A stretch of 32,000 bases of DNA from Archaeoglobus fulgidus DSM 4304 (GCF_000008665.1 NC_000917.1:1710001-1742000), one strand, 5' to 3'. Positions 1 through 10,482 are shown, counted from the stretch's first letter. Program-made: numbers and translations. The notes: generated by a model from the sequence alone, not told the origin.

Positions 1-93
1 TCATCTGAAGGTCGAGCATTGCCTCGCCACAAAAAGGTATCGGAATGACTAAGTTTTTAAATTGCCAAGTCTAATTTTTACAGGTGTCAGGAA

Positions 94-447
94 ATGATCA
101 AAGTGATGGTCGTCGATGATGAAATTGCAATGAGGGAAATTCTCAAAATAATGCTTAAAGATTACAAGGTCATCGAGGCCTCGAACGGAAGGGAGGCGGT
201 TGAGCTGTACAGGGAGGAGCGGCCGGACATCGTTCTCATGGACGTCATGATGCCCCTGATGAATGGAATTGAGGCCACATCGGAAATCAAGAAAATAGAC
301 CCTGATGCAAAAATAGTCGCGATAACGGCCTACGCAAGCTCCAAAGGGGAGAAGGTAATTGAAGCCGGGGCGGATTACATTCTCAAAAAACCCTTCACCA
401 GAAAGGAGGTGGTGGAGCTTATTAAGAGAATTCTCAACTCGTCCTAA
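94..447 (+). CDS. Stand-alone CheY-like response-regulator receiver domain (no output domain)
   Basis: 117-aa ORF with receiver hallmarks: acidic pair in VVDDE, phospho-acceptor Asp in IVLMDVMMP, conserved Thr in AITAY and Lys in LKKPF. GGTG lies 7 nt upstream of the ATG. Confidence 0.85.
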   Translation: MIKVMVVDDEIAMREILKIMLKDYKVIEASNGREAVELYREERPDIVLMDVMMPLMNGIEATSEIKKIDPDAKIVAITAYASSKGEKVIEAGADYILKKPFTRKEVVELIKRILNSS

Positions 448-460
448 TCTGCAATAACTA

Positions 461-468
461 TTTATAAA
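461..468 (+). promoter_or_regulatory. TATA-box-like element upstream of dnaG
   Basis: tttataaa is centred about 26 nt upstream of ATG 490. Confidence 0.4.
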
Positions 469-489
469 GCGAGTTAGAATTTTATTTGA

Positions 490-1689
490 ATGTCATCTGA
501 CATGGAAGGAGGTATGATAACCATGAAAGCTAACGACACTACAAAATACTTAATTCATGCTGAAATAGAAGCAGAAGGTGTTGTTGAACGTCCTGACGTA
601 GTTGGGGCTATATTCGGTCAAACTGAGGGACTGCTGGGTGGTGACCTGGACCTGAGAGAACTGCAGAAAACTGGGAGAATAGGGAGGATAGAGGTTAAGA
701 TAGAGAGCAAGGGAGGCAGGAGCTTTGGAGAAATCAAGGTTCCATCGAGCCTCGATAAGGTGGAAACGGCTATCCTAGCTGCAGCGCTTGAAACGATCGA
801 GAGAGTTGGGCCATGCTCTGCAAAGATTAAAGTTCTGAAAATTGAGGACGTGAGGGCGAGCAAGAGGAAGAGAATCGTTGAGAGGGCCATGAACATTCTC
901 AGAGAGCACTTCGAAGAGCCGGAGATTGAGTCTGAGAGGATAGTGGAAATCGTAAGGCAGGCTATAAGGGCTGACGAGATTGTCGAATACGGCGAGGAAA
1001 AGCTGCCAGCAGGGCCAGCGATTGATGAGTCTGATGCAATAATAGTCGTCGAGGGCAGGGCTGACGTGCTGAACCTGCTGAAGCACGGAATCAAGAACGT
1101 TATTGCTGTCGAGGGAACGAATATACCTAAAACGATAGTTGAGCTCAGCAAGAAGAAGACCGTTACAGCGTTTCTTGATGGTGACAGGGGAGGAGATTTG
1201 ATTTTAAAGGAATTGCTGCAAGTTGCTGAGGTTGACTACGTGGCAAGGGCACCTGAAGGGAAAGAAGTGGAGGATTTGACGCAGAAGGAAATCCTGAAGT
1301 CCCTTAGGAACAAAGTTCCGGTTGAGCAGCTTCACGTGCTGAAGAAGGAGGCAAAGGAGGGCAGGGAAAGGGAGAAACTAGCGGAAATGCCCAAGGACAG
1401 CATCTCCGACGTGCTCAGGAAGCACACAGAGTCCGTGAAGGGCAGACTGACTGCAAGAGTCCTCGACAGGAACTTGAACGTCATAAAGGAGGTTCCGGTG
1501 AGGGACCTTGTAAAGATCCTGAAGACCAACAACATGAAGGGCAGTGCGATCGTCTTTGACGGCATTATAACACAGAGACTCATCGATCTCGCCGCGAAAA
1601 AAGAGTTTGACTACATCGTCGGAGTTAGGCTAGGAAGTGTTGTTAAGGTCCCCACATCACTCAGAGTTATTACTTTTGATCAACTTTAA
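490..1689 (+). CDS. dnaG: Archaeal DnaG-like primase / exosome-associated Toprim protein
   Basis: N-terminus TKYLIHAEIEAEGVVERPDVVGAIFGQTEGLLG is the conserved archaeal DnaG N-domain. Toprim motifs are IVVEGRADVLNL and FLDGDRGGDLI. The TATA-like tttataaa at 461-468 sits about 26 nt upstream of ATG 490, consistent with a leaderless start. Alternative ATGs are at 514 and 523; GGAGGT at 508-513 favours 523. Confidence 0.9.
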   Translation: MSSDMEGGMITMKANDTTKYLIHAEIEAEGVVERPDVVGAIFGQTEGLLGGDLDLRELQKTGRIGRIEVKIESKGGRSFGEIKVPSSLDKVETAILAAALETIERVGPCSAKIKVLKIEDVRASKRKRIVERAMNILREHFEEPEIESERIVEIVRQAIRADEIVEYGEEKLPAGPAIDESDAIIVVEGRADVLNLLKHGIKNVIAVEGTNIPKTIVELSKKKTVTAFLDGDRGGDLILKELLQVAEVDYVARAPEGKEVEDLTQKEILKSLRNKVPVEQLHVLKKEAKEGREREKLAEMPKDSISDVLRKHTESVKGRLTARVLDRNLNVIKEVPVRDLVKILKTNNMKGSAIVFDGIITQRLIDLAAKKEFDYIVGVRLGSVVKVPTSLRVITFDQL

Positions 1690-2212
1690 TTTTTTTAACC
1701 TCTACCGCTTTAAGTATTATTTCCACTACTCCTTCAGCATCAAAGCTTCCCGAATTTATTATAAGATCGTAAATCGTCCAGTTGTCGATGTCGATGCTGT
1801 AAAACTTCCAGTACCTCCTCTTTTCAAATTCCTCCCTGAGCCTCGTCTCCTGCCTCACTACGGTTAGGTCCTTTCCCTCTCTCTTTGCTATTCTCGAGTA
1901 CCTTACCTCGGGGTCGGCAAAAATCCAAACCTTGAGGTCGGCGTTTTTAACAAACCAGCCGGAAAGTCTGCCCTCGACCACAACGTTCTTCTCCTTCTCC
2001 GCCATCTCCTTCTGAGTCTGATCGATTAAGCGGTCTATCTCCGGGTTCTCCTCCGCGTACTGGCTGAACTCCTCAACAGTCATTCCTTTCTTGGCCGCAA
2101 GCTGTCTGAAAACATCTCCTGCAGAAATAAGCTTTAAGCCAAGCTTTTCGGCAACAATTTTTGCAACAGTCGTAGTACCACTCCCAGGAGGTCCGGAAAT
2201 GGTTATTTTCAT
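1670..2212 (-). CDS. cmk: Cytidylate (CMP) kinase, archaeal type
   Basis: P-loop in MKITISGPPGSGTTTVAK. It occupies the terminal position of the archaeal r-protein/secY cluster, after the DUF106 gene. The 3' end overlaps the dnaG 3' end by 20 nt (convergent). Confidence 0.85.
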   Translation of the reverse strand: MKITISGPPGSGTTTVAKIVAEKLGLKLISAGDVFRQLAAKKGMTVEEFSQYAEENPEIDRLIDQTQKEMAEKEKNVVVEGRLSGWFVKNADLKVWIFADPEVRYSRIAKREGKDLTVVRQETRLREEFEKRRYWKFYSIDIDNWTIYDLIINSGSFDAEGVVEIILKAVEVKKIKVDQK

Positions 2213-2213
2213 A

Positions 2214-2879
2214 CTACACCCCTACCCTCAGAACTTTCTTTATTATCTGACCGAAGGTTATGGAGCACAGCAGATACCAGAAAAGCCACCATGGGAAAAT
2301 CAGAACGGGGGTTACGACGTGTATCTGCCCCGCAAAAGGTGCCACAACAGTGTAAAGCTCCGGTTTTAGAGTTTGCAGGAAAACCTCGGGCAACTCTGAT
2401 GTCAGATTTCCGTAATTTGTTGCTCCCGTCACAAGCTCGTAGCTGGCAGAGGCTTTCTCCCATAGCCACGCAAAAATGGGAATCGTGACTACAAAGGTGT
2501 AGAACATCGGCTTGAACTGCATTGACATCATCTCGCTCTGAATCTGCTGGATTTCGTTCTTTTTCTGCTCAAGCTGCTTCAGCTTGAATTTGTTGTTCTG
2601 CTTTGTTGCCTCTATGTACTCTTTCTGATACTCGCGCAGAATTTTCTGTATCTCCTTCATTCTCTTGTAATCGATAGTAAACTTCTGAATGAGATTTGAG
2701 TAAATTCCAGTGAGGATTGACATGATCAAGATAACAACGTGGAAGGGATAAGGAGAGAGAAAAAACAGAACGGACTCTACAATCTGTCCAAGCTCCAGCC
2801 TGAACTCCCTGCTGAAGAGTATGCCAATGAAAAATAAAGCTCCAAGAACCATTATGAACCTTGAAATTACCGCCTTCAT
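2214..2879 (-). CDS. DUF106-family membrane protein (archaeal YidC/Oxa1/EMC3-like insertase homologue)
   Basis: 221 aa with hydrophobic N-terminal TM segments, a long K/Q/E-rich coiled-coil (KRMKEIQKILREYQKEYIEATKQNNKFKLKQLEQKKNEIQQIQ), then further TM segments. This is the DUF106 architecture. The start overlaps the secY stop (ATGA). Confidence 0.75.
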   Translation of the reverse strand: MKAVISRFIMVLGALFFIGILFSREFRLELGQIVESVLFFLSPYPFHVVILIMSILTGIYSNLIQKFTIDYKRMKEIQKILREYQKEYIEATKQNNKFKLKQLEQKKNEIQQIQSEMMSMQFKPMFYTFVVTIPIFAWLWEKASASYELVTGATNYGNLTSELPEVFLQTLKPELYTVVAPFAGQIHVVTPVLIFPWWLFWYLLCSITFGQIIKKVLRVGV

Positions 2880-4366
2880 GCTTCTTCACCGAGCATCCTT
2901 CTGATGAGCGGATGCATCTCAGTGAGCTGTTCCTTGGCCAGATCCTCGTAGAATCTGTAGGCAATGCTCACAGCAAGTAAAAGTCCTGTTCCACTCACAT
3001 TACCAATTGTTCCAAGCATGTTGGCTACAAGCGTCAGAATGCCAATTATCGCACCACCAAGGATTGTAACCTTCGGGATGTACCTCGAAAGCACTCTCTC
3101 AAGGACCTGTGGGGACTTCCTGAAGCCCGGAACCTGCATTCCAGACTTGGCAATCTGAGATGCTACAGTCCTTGCATCCATTCCGCTCGTCTCAACCCAG
3201 AACCATGCAAAGATTATACCGCCAACAACCAAAATAAGGGCGTCAATCAGCAAATGAAGGTAAATCATCCAGTCCGGAATTGCCGCAAAGGCTGCTCCCT
3301 GTGATTTAACGAGCGAGGGGATCCAGTCGTAGGGGCTGCTGACGGGTTGGAGGAAGAACATCAGACCGCTTACTGCCTTTCCGTTAACAAACTCTCCGAA
3401 AATCGTCACTCCCCTCGCGTGAAGAACCTGACCTAAGGCCACGACGTTGGCCTGCAGTGCTCTAACGAAAATCATTGGCAAAACGCTGGCGTAAATGAGC
3501 TTTATTGGAAATCTACCCCTCGCACCTCTTGCAACTGCATGAGCCAGAGGAATTTCAACCCTCGTTCCCTCAAAGAAGACAACAAGCAGGATTATTGCAG
3601 CAGTGGTAATCAGAGCAAGAATGCCACCCTGGATCAGCAGGAAAGCCAGCCCGCTCCCTGTGAAAAGCTGGTCGAGCGGATAGTTCTGGGCTATCCAGAT
3701 CCACCTTGGGATTATACCTGCTGGCATTGCTGAGTTCGGTGGAATGACCCAGTTGAATAGGCCAACCACAATGGACTGAGCGATTCCAGCGAGGATGAAG
3801 AGCGAGACACCGCTGCCAATGCCCCACTTTGAAACAACCTCATCCATATATACTATCAAAACTCCACCGATGAAGAGCTGAATGAATATGAGGAATGAAA
3901 TTATGCCCGGAGAGACGCCAAGCTGGGCTGCAAGGTTTAAATCGGGCTTTAAAAGCCCTCCGGCAATCTGCGGTATAGCTTCAACTGCAATCATCACAAA
4001 AACAAGGAAGCGCTGGAAGTCCTGATAAGCTGCCCTGTCTTCTGGATTTGTCAAATCAAGTTTTATTATGCCGGCACCAACCAGCAGCTGAAGGATGATT
4101 GAGGCAGTAACAATCGGCCCTATACCGAGGGCAATTATTGAGCCCGTAGAACCAGCAAAAAGGGCTCTGTAGGCAGCAAATATATCTATTGACTCAGGAG
4201 AGAGGCCAAAAACGGGAACATTGGACAGGATAAAGTAGAGAAGGAGTATTGCCGCAGTCCATCCAAATTTCTCCCTGAAGTGGACATGTCCCTTTGGCCT
4301 CTCTACACTGGGTATGCGCTCAAAATAAGGTTGTAAGGCTCTTATCACGGAGTCCAATTCGATCAA
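2876..4366 (-). CDS. secY: Protein translocase subunit SecY
   Basis: 496-aa polytopic membrane protein downstream of uL15 in the canonical position, containing FREKFGWTAAILLLYFILSNVPVFG. The start is TTG at 4366 (alternative TTG at 4357); there is no ATG nearby. Confidence 0.95.
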   Translation of the reverse strand: MIELDSVIRALQPYFERIPSVERPKGHVHFREKFGWTAAILLLYFILSNVPVFGLSPESIDIFAAYRALFAGSTGSIIALGIGPIVTASIILQLLVGAGIIKLDLTNPEDRAAYQDFQRFLVFVMIAVEAIPQIAGGLLKPDLNLAAQLGVSPGIISFLIFIQLFIGGVLIVYMDEVVSKWGIGSGVSLFILAGIAQSIVVGLFNWVIPPNSAMPAGIIPRWIWIAQNYPLDQLFTGSGLAFLLIQGGILALITTAAIILLVVFFEGTRVEIPLAHAVARGARGRFPIKLIYASVLPMIFVRALQANVVALGQVLHARGVTIFGEFVNGKAVSGLMFFLQPVSSPYDWIPSLVKSQGAAFAAIPDWMIYLHLLIDALILVVGGIIFAWFWVETSGMDARTVASQIAKSGMQVPGFRKSPQVLERVLSRYIPKVTILGGAIIGILTLVANMLGTIGNVSGTGLLLAVSIAYRFYEDLAKEQLTEMHPLIRRMLGEEA

Positions 4367-4371
4367 CCCCT

Positions 4372-4902
4372 TTACTCAGCCACTACCTTACCTCCAGCAG
4401 CCTCAATCTTCTCGACAGCCTTGGGCGTTGCCTCAAAGACTTTAACCTCCATTTTCCTCGTTACCTTTCCAGAGCCAAGAAGCTTGCTGTAGCCAAGTTC
4501 CGCCAAATCAATTCTGTAAACGTCCCCTTCCTTCTCCGCCAGCCCCAAGCTTGCGAGTCTGTCGATTATCTCGTCAAGGTCGCCTGCATTCAGCTCAGGC
4601 CTTGAGTAGAGATAACGATAGGTGTAGTCGTCGAGCTTCCCTTCTTCCTTGAGCCACCTCAGGGTTTCCTTAACCGCCTGAACGTTCAGGTAGTCCTTCC
4701 TCAGTATCTTGGGCCTCGTAAAGCCGTGCTTTCCAAACAAGTACTCGCCCTTCTTTGCGAGCTTCACGAATTTGATGTACTTGTGCTTGTGAACTCCAGC
4801 GTTACCCGCACCTCCTCTGTTACCCCTACCTCTTCTGTTCTTGTGACTGCCCCATCCAAAGGTTCTCGAACCTCGGAACTTCTTTACCTTCTTCTTTGGC
4901 AT
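4372..4902 (-). CDS. rpl15: 50S ribosomal protein uL15
   Basis: MPKKKVKKFRGSRTFGWGSHKNRRGRGNRGGAG is a typical uL15 N-terminus. The ORF-track start at 4911 is a GTG inside the SD GAGGTGAT; the first ATG (4902) lies 4 nt after that SD. Confidence 0.93.
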   Translation of the reverse strand: MPKKKVKKFRGSRTFGWGSHKNRRGRGNRGGAGNAGVHKHKYIKFVKLAKKGEYLFGKHGFTRPKILRKDYLNVQAVKETLRWLKEEGKLDDYTYRYLYSRPELNAGDLDEIIDRLASLGLAEKEGDVYRIDLAELGYSKLLGSGKVTRKMEVKVFEATPKAVEKIEAAGGKVVAE

Positions 4903-4907
4903 CAAAA

Positions 4908-5366
4908 TCACCTCATCTTGTAAAGCAGCCTGTTGATTTCCTCACCGTGATAGCCCAAATTACCTCTCGGATAGTGCCACTTAATGTTCTTTATACCTTT
5001 TCTCGGGGGGTGGAGCCTGAAGACTGGCTTGAGATCAGGCAAGTCCTTAAGGCTTGCTTTTCCCTCGACCACTGCCTTTGCAAACTCCTCAATGGTCTCG
5101 TAGCCCGTCTTCTCCTTCACGTACTCGTCTGTCAGCTTCCTGTTTCCAGTAAGCCTTCCCCTCAGCCTGAGAAGCAATGCAAGGGTTTCGGCGTTGATTT
5201 CACCGTAGGCAACGTAATCCTTCACAACCTGAAGCATTCCTCTGTATGAGGGAGTGTCGGGAATGACCACGCAGTGGTAGCGCTTGTGGAGCCTGAGCAT
5301 TTTCAGGGTTTCCTTTATTTTGCGGTGAACATCAACAGTTCCCCTCATCCTGACAACTGCAAACAT
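4908..5366 (-). CDS. rpl30: 50S ribosomal protein uL30
   Basis: [29 protein letters not shown] 5366 follows the SD GAGGTGAGGAG. The track start at 5375 is a GTG within that SD, overlapping the uS5 stop. Confidence 0.93.
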   Translation of the reverse strand: MFAVVRMRGTVDVHRKIKETLKMLRLHKRYHCVVIPDTPSYRGMLQVVKDYVAYGEINAETLALLLRLRGRLTGNRKLTDEYVKEKTGYETIEEFAKAVVEGKASLKDLPDLKPVFRLHPPRKGIKNIKWHYPRGNLGYHGEEINRLLYKMR

Positions 5367-5371
5367 TCTCC

Positions 5372-5968
5372 TCACCTCTTCACGTACATCGTCTTCTTCA
5401 AAGCCTCATAAGTCGCCTTTGCGAAGTTCACGGTTGTTTTGGTCTGCCCCTTGGTGAAGCTCCAGACGTCCTTAACTCCGGCAAGCTCTATGACTCTCTT
5501 CGCCACATCTCCGGCAACGATTCCGAGTCCCTTGGGTCCGGGGATGAGCGTGACTCTCACGCTGCCACTCGTTCCCGTAACTTTGAAGGGCAATGAGTGG
5601 TCTCCTCCGCAACCACACTCCCACGAACCGCAGCCCCTCTGAACCTTGAAGATGTTGAGCTTTGCGTTGTTTATGGCCTTCTGGATGGCTGGAGCAACCT
5701 GAGAGGCTTTTCCGGTGCCAATTCCAACGTATCCGTTTCTGTTACCAACTACAGCCGTGACTCTGAACTTGGTCCTCCTTCCGCTGTCGGTCATCCTCTG
5801 AACCATCGAAATCTCAAGGACGTCATCCTCAAGGTCCGGAAGGAGTATGTCAACGATTTCGGGCTCCTTCAGCGGGAGATTGCTGGCCAGAGCCTCATCC
5901 ATTGTCTTTATCTTTCCATCAGCAACCAGTCTCCCCAGCTTTGTTTTCGGCACCCAATCCTCGGTCAT
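5372..5968 (-). CDS. rps5: 30S ribosomal protein uS5
   Basis: uS5 motifs [16 protein letters not shown] and [16 protein letters not shown] lies 3 nt upstream of the ATG. ATGA overlap with the uL18 stop. Confidence 0.95.
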
Positions 5969-6534
5969 GATATCACCATCAGCTTCTCCTTAATCTCATC
6001 AACGTGAGCGGGCAAATCTGAGGGCTTCAAACCTCTCTTCTCGTACTCACCAAACCTTTCGGGATTCATTTCGTAGTAGGCTGCAATGTGCTCACCCCTG
6101 ATTCTCGAATCGTCTGGCAGAACCTCATCGCTGTGAGGAACTTCCAGCCCTCCTTCAACCGCTCCTCTCAGCACTGCAAAAACCCTTGAGCCCCTCGTCG
6201 GGGTGTGGAGGCCGATGTCCAGAACAGCCTCGCCAATGCCCTTCTGCAAAGCTTTCTTGGCTATGAGAATGCCCGTCAGGTAGGCAGCGGGGGTGTTGTT
6301 CAGGTCCCCTTTCCATCCAAATTCCCTCAGCATTGCTGAATCCACACCGACAACAACTCTGTCCCCTTCTGGGGCGTACTCAACAATCTGAGCGATGACT
6401 CTCCTGTTGGTAATTCTCACAACCAGTCTTGGCTTCCTTGAAAGGAGCAGCTTAAGTCTTTTCCTGTAGTTCGTCTTACCCTCTCTTCTTCTCCTGAGGG
6501 GAACCTTGTATCTCGGACCTCTTGCCAACTTCAT
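5965..6534 (-). CDS. rpl18: 50S ribosomal protein uL18
   Basis: [27 protein letters not shown] is the conserved archaeal uL18 N-terminus. ATG 6534 is embedded in the SD GAGGTGATG. TTG at 6528, 4 nt after the SD, would give M-ARGPRY and may be the real start. Confidence 0.93.
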
Positions 6535-6974
6535 CACCTCTTCATCTGCTCAACATAAATCTTAAGGTGGGCAACGCTCCTGAACTCTCCACCCTTCGCC
6601 TTTCTGTAAAGGATTCTGTAAGTTCTCCTGTCCACAACGCCCTCAGCCTTCATCTGCCTCAAAGCTTTCCTTAAAGCTCTGATTCTGAGAATCCACATTC
6701 TCTTTCTTGGCATCCTCGCTCCCTTCGCTCCCTTTCTGCTGCCGTGACCTCTTCTCCTGCCCTTTCTCTTCTGGAGCTTTCTCTTGTTTATCCTCGCCCT
6801 GCTAACGCCATTTACGGGCTTTCTCTTTATCACACCCTGCTCAATTAGCTCCCTTATGTCCTGCTTTGTTGCCGCTGTGGCAATATCTTCCAAAGCAGCT
6901 GGATCAAACCACACTCTGTTTTCACCGCACTTCAACACAGATGCTGCAAGCCTGCGCTGTAAACTCAAATCCAT
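6534..6974 (-). CDS. rpl19e: 50S ribosomal protein eL19
   Basis: [25 protein letters not shown] followed by a basic tail. ATG 6974 lies 4 nt after the SD GGGTGATGG. The track start at 6983 is a GTG in the SD. Confidence 0.93.
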
Positions 6975-6979
6975 AACCA

Positions 6980-7369
6980 TCACCCTGACGGATTGAGAAC
7001 TTTAATTCCAAGCTCCTTGGCCTTATCCTCAATCGCAAGCCTCTTCTTCATGCCAACGCATGAGGCGATTCTCACAGCCTGTCTTTCCTTGTCGATTTTT
7101 TCCAGATCAGCGGGATTGTAAACGAGGACCTCCTCGTAGCCGCTTGGATGCAAGCCCCTAACGGCCTTGGGAGAGCCAAAGCCCACATTGACGGGAATTC
7201 TGCCGCTCCACTTCCCACCGTATCTCTTTCTAAGCTTGTTAAACAAACCTCTCGGCCTTCTCCAGCTTTTGTTTCTCAATCTGAGCTTCTTGTTCCAGCA
7301 GTATCTTCTGAACTCTGGCTTTCTTGCCTTCTGCCTCCTTCTCACCTTAAGCAGCCTTTTGTGCTCCAT
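6980..7369 (-). CDS. rpl32e: 50S ribosomal protein eL32
   Basis: KPEFRRYCWNKKLRLRNKSWRRPRGLFNK is eL32-like, and the gene sits in the canonical slot between uL6 and eL19. First ATG at 7369; alternative GTG at 7378. Confidence 0.9.
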   Translation of the reverse strand: MEHKRLLKVRRRQKARKPEFRRYCWNKKLRLRNKSWRRPRGLFNKLRKRYGGKWSGRIPVNVGFGSPKAVRGLHPSGYEEVLVYNPADLEKIDKERQAVRIASCVGMKKRLAIEDKAKELGIKVLNPSG

Positions 7370-7378
7370 TACAACCAC

Positions 7379-7936
7379 TCACGGCTTCTTTACGATGTAT
7401 ATCCCATCCTGGAAAACACGCGGGTCCTTTCTCTTGATCTTTGTCGCCTGTTCGAGGTTCGCGGCAGTCTGACCGCACTCTTCGATGTCTATGCCCCTCA
7501 CGTAGATGTCCTGACCGCTTATCTCAACCTGCGCCCTTCCAACTATCTTCGCCCTTCTCGGATGCTTCTCTCCAATGAAGTTCTCGATTATAACCTCATT
7601 ACCTTCAACTCTGACCTTGATGGGAAAGTGAGCGTAAACAACCTTCAGATGGTACTCGAAACCTTCCTTAACTCCGGTTATGAGGTTTTCGATGTGCCCA
7701 GCAAAGGTCCCAACCATTGCCTTGTGTTTTTTCTTGGGAGAGGTTGTGTAAACCCTCACCTTCCCGTCCCCAACCTCAATGAAAACTCCCCTGTACTTCA
7801 GATACCTCGTGTTCTCCCCCTTCGGACCCACAGCCTTGAGAGTGTAACCTCTGAAGCTGTCTCCCTCGATGGTTAGCTGCACGTCCTCCGGCACTTCAAC
7901 AACTCTTTCCTCGTAAACTTCAGTAGACGTAAGCAA
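7379..7936 (-). CDS. rpl6: 50S ribosomal protein uL6
   Basis: [34 protein letters not shown] with a two-domain uL6 pattern. The track ORF (to 8005) would overlap uS8 by 86 nt. TTG 7936 lies 6 nt after GGAGGTG and just upstream of the uS8 stop. The start call is inferred. Confidence 0.88.
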   Translation of the reverse strand: MLTSTEVYEERVVEVPEDVQLTIEGDSFRGYTLKAVGPKGENTRYLKYRGVFIEVGDGKVRVYTTSPKKKHKAMVGTFAGHIENLITGVKEGFEYHLKVVYAHFPIKVRVEGNEVIIENFIGEKHPRRAKIVGRAQVEISGQDIYVRGIDIEECGQTAANLEQATKIKRKDPRVFQDGIYIVKKP

Positions 7937-8309
7937 GGAGAACACCTCCCAACCTCTGTTTTCTCGCATCCTTCTGCGACATAACACCCTTTGTTGTTGA
8001 AACAATCAGAATCCCGAAGTCCCTGGCAGGCAGGTATCTTTTCTCGTACATCTCGTACTCTGTGACGGACGACGAGAACCTTGGCCTTATAGCTCCGCAA
8101 TCGTTGATGTTTCCGGAAAGCTCCACTATGAACTTCCCACCCCTGTGGTTCTCGACGTACTCGAAGCCCTTGATGTATCCGTAATCCTTCATCACTTTGA
8201 GCACGTTGCCGATTAGCTTTGAAGCTGGCTTGATTTCGCACTTTTTCTCTCCCACCATCTCAGCGTTCTTTATCGCTATCATGGCATTTGACAGAGTATC
8301 AACGCTCAT
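7920..8309 (-). CDS. rps8: 30S ribosomal protein uS8
   Basis: [29 protein letters not shown] 8309 lies 4 nt after the SD GGTGATGG. The track start at 8318 is a GTG in the SD, overlapping the uS14 stop. Confidence 0.94.
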   Translation of the reverse strand: MSVDTLSNAMIAIKNAEMVGEKKCEIKPASKLIGNVLKVMKDYGYIKGFEYVENHRGGKFIVELSGNINDCGAIRPRFSSSVTEYEMYEKRYLPARDFGILIVSTTKGVMSQKDARKQRLGGVLLAYVY

Positions 8310-8314
8310 AACCA

Positions 8315-8470
8315 TCACCAGTACTTCTTAAATCCGAGTTCAGAAGCCACCTCTCTAAAGCACTGCCTGCAGAGGTAGAGACCGTACATTCTGATTAAGC
8401 CCCTCCTCCTGCCGCATCTTCTGCACTCGTTGGCACCTCTTCCAAAAACCTTGGTTCTCTCCTTCTTCAT
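8315..8470 (-). CDS. rps14: 30S ribosomal protein uS14 (zinc-ribbon type)
   Basis: 51 aa with CRRCG...CRQC, a four-Cys zinc ribbon. ATG 8470 forms an ATGA overlap with the uL5 stop. The track N-terminal extension to 8500 lies inside uL5. Confidence 0.92.
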   Translation of the reverse strand: MKKERTKVFGRGANECRRCGRRRGLIRMYGLYLCRQCFREVASELGFKKYW

Positions 8471-9003
8471 TCCACAATCACCCCCAGAGATTCGAGCCAA
8501 CGGATGGTGTCCTCCTTTGTCACTCTATGGGAAGTCGCAATCTTGGCCTTCTTTCTTCTCCTTCTCGCAACTCTGTAGCCCCTTCTTTTCAGAGACACGC
8601 ACACGTCCATGCCAAAAATACCGACATCGGGATCGTAATCCACTCCCGGCAAATCAATGTGCTCGGCAATGCCAAAGGCAAAGTAACCCTCTCCAATCGA
8701 TTTTCGGCTCAGCCTGTTCTCCTTAACGGTGAGCGCATCCTTAAGGAACTTAAGTGCCTTCTCACCGCGAAGGGTTACCTTAATTCCAATCGCCTCTCCC
8801 TTCCTGATTCCGAAATTCTTGATAGTCATCTTGGCGTAAGTTATTGCAGGCTTCTGCTCTACAAGCTCTTCAAGCAGGCTGTAAGCTTTCTTGTGTCTCT
8901 CTCCGCTCTCACCAACGCCTATGTTGATGACAACCTTGTCCAGCACCACTTCCCTCATCGGATTTTCATTTCCTGCCTTCTTTTCCATCTCAACCGCCTG
9001 CAT
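8467..9003 (-). CDS. rpl5: 50S ribosomal protein uL5
   Basis: [25 protein letters not shown] is the uL5 signature region. GGGGTG lies 6 nt upstream of ATG 9003. Confidence 0.94.
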   Translation of the reverse strand: MQAVEMEKKAGNENPMREVVLDKVVINIGVGESGERHKKAYSLLEELVEQKPAITYAKMTIKNFGIRKGEAIGIKVTLRGEKALKFLKDALTVKENRLSRKSIGEGYFAFGIAEHIDLPGVDYDPDVGIFGMDVCVSLKRRGYRVARRRRKKAKIATSHRVTKEDTIRWLESLGVIVE

Positions 9004-9006
9004 CCC

Positions 9007-9714
9007 TTACACCCCCAGGTCAATCACGGGCTTATCACTGTCCTTTTTGCCCACAACAAACACGTAGTCCTCAATGGTCGTGATGTCCCTCTCCTCTCCC
9101 TCAACAGTAACGAGGTTGGGTGCAGAGCTCCTCACAATCTTGTAGCTCTTTATCCTGCCAATCTCACCAGCATGAGTGCCGCCGGTAATCATGACGAGGG
9201 CCCCTTCCTCGAACTTGAGGTGGTCAACGACCTCCTTTTCGGGAATCCTTAGCAGGATGCTGTCCTTCGTCTTGTAATCATTGCTGCCGAGGATGTTTGT
9301 GCCGTCAAAGAGGTTGAGCTGAACCTTGCCCCCTCTCACAAGCGTTTTGTTGGTTATCTTGTAGAGCTTGAGGTCCGCATCCTCAACCTCCTTTGGTATA
9401 TACCTTCCCTTCTCGTCGAAAAGAATTCTGTAGCTCTTCTCAAGCTTTGGAATGGTGACAACGTCAAAAAGCCCCACGGGGAACTTGTAGTCCTTCCTGA
9501 CGACTCCGTCAACAAGTATCTCTCCTGCAGAAATGATTCTCCTCGCCTCTCTACCGGTATCGGCAAGCTCAAGGAAGTCCCTAACGAGCACGAGAAGCGG
9601 GATGGCTTCCTTGTTATGTGGGCCAGGTGAGGGCTTTACAACCCACTTTGAAACCTTTCTCGGAATTTTGTACGTTTTCGGAGCGGAAAGTCTCTTCTGA
9701 TGCAACTCAATCAC
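9007..9714 (-). CDS. rps4e: 30S ribosomal protein eS4
   Basis: [16 protein letters not shown] plus S4/KOW-like regions. GTG 9714 lies inside the SD GAGAGGTGAT. TTG 9705, 4 nt after the SD, is an alternative start. Confidence 0.93.
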   Translation of the reverse strand: MIELHQKRLSAPKTYKIPRKVSKWVVKPSPGPHNKEAIPLLVLVRDFLELADTGREARRIISAGEILVDGVVRKDYKFPVGLFDVVTIPKLEKSYRILFDEKGRYIPKEVEDADLKLYKITNKTLVRGGKVQLNLFDGTNILGSNDYKTKDSILLRIPEKEVVDHLKFEEGALVMITGGTHAGEIGRIKSYKIVRSSAPNLVTVEGEERDITTIEDYVFVVGKKDSDKPVIDLGV

Positions 9715-10073
9715 CTCTCAAGGATTTTCTTTCTGACCTCGTCCACTTCGCCGAAGTCTGTGATCATAACATTTGACGGATGAATCGGAACCGCAACCTC
9801 AGTCCCGTCAGCTTTGGTGACAGTAACGCCATCAACCGTGATTCTGCACCTCTTCATGTCAACCTCAAGCACTCTTCCCTCATGTCCGGCAAACTGACCC
9901 CTCATGATTCTCACTTTGTCCCCCTTTCTGACTCTGATTGCCCTCTTTCCGTACTTCTTTCTCAAATCCTTGGATAGAGTAGCGTGAAGAAGCTTGTGCC
10001 TCTCGTGAAGCTTGGCCGTCTTGTAAAGCCACCTTCTCTGCTTCCTCGGCTGCTTTGATTTGGGAACTGCCAT
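9711..10073 (-). CDS. rpl24: 50S ribosomal protein uL24
   Basis: KOW motif [24 protein letters not shown] 10073 lies 4 nt after the SD GAGGTGGT. Confidence 0.94.
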   Translation of the reverse strand: MAVPKSKQPRKQRRWLYKTAKLHERHKLLHATLSKDLRKKYGKRAIRVRKGDKVRIMRGQFAGHEGRVLEVDMKRCRITVDGVTVTKADGTEVAVPIHPSNVMITDFGEVDEVRKKILER

Positions 10074-10083
10074 TTTTACCACC

Positions 10084-10482
10084 TCACACGATTACGGATG
10101 CAATGGTGCCTATTTTGCTAAAGCGCTCCGCAGCCTCTCTCGCAACAGCACCTCTGATTTCCGAGCCCCTAGGCTCTCCCCTCTCGTTTGTAATCACTGC
10201 AGCGTTGTCCTCAAACTTCACCCTCGTTCCGTCTGGTCTGCGGTACTCCTTTCTCTGCCTCACTATGACTGCATAGTGAACCTGCTTCCTTATTTCGGGA
10301 GTTCCCTTCTTTACGGTCACAACAACTATGTCTCCTACGCCTGCAGCGGGATATCTCCTCCTGACGCCCTTGTATCCCTTTACCGCAATAATTTCAAGCT
10401 CCCTCGCTCCGGTGTTGTCGGCGCAAACAAGCCTCGCTCCTGTTGGCAGCGCTCTTGGAATGTTAGCTCTTATTGCCTTCAT
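10084..10482 (-). CDS. rpl14: 50S ribosomal protein uL14
   Basis: [22 protein letters not shown]. Overlaps the uS17 3' end by 20 nt. Confidence 0.95.
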   Translation of the reverse strand: MKAIRANIPRALPTGARLVCADNTGARELEIIAVKGYKGVRRRYPAAGVGDIVVVTVKKGTPEIRKQVHYAVIVRQRKEYRRPDGTRVKFEDNAAVITNERGEPRGSEIRGAVAREAAERFSKIGTIASVIV

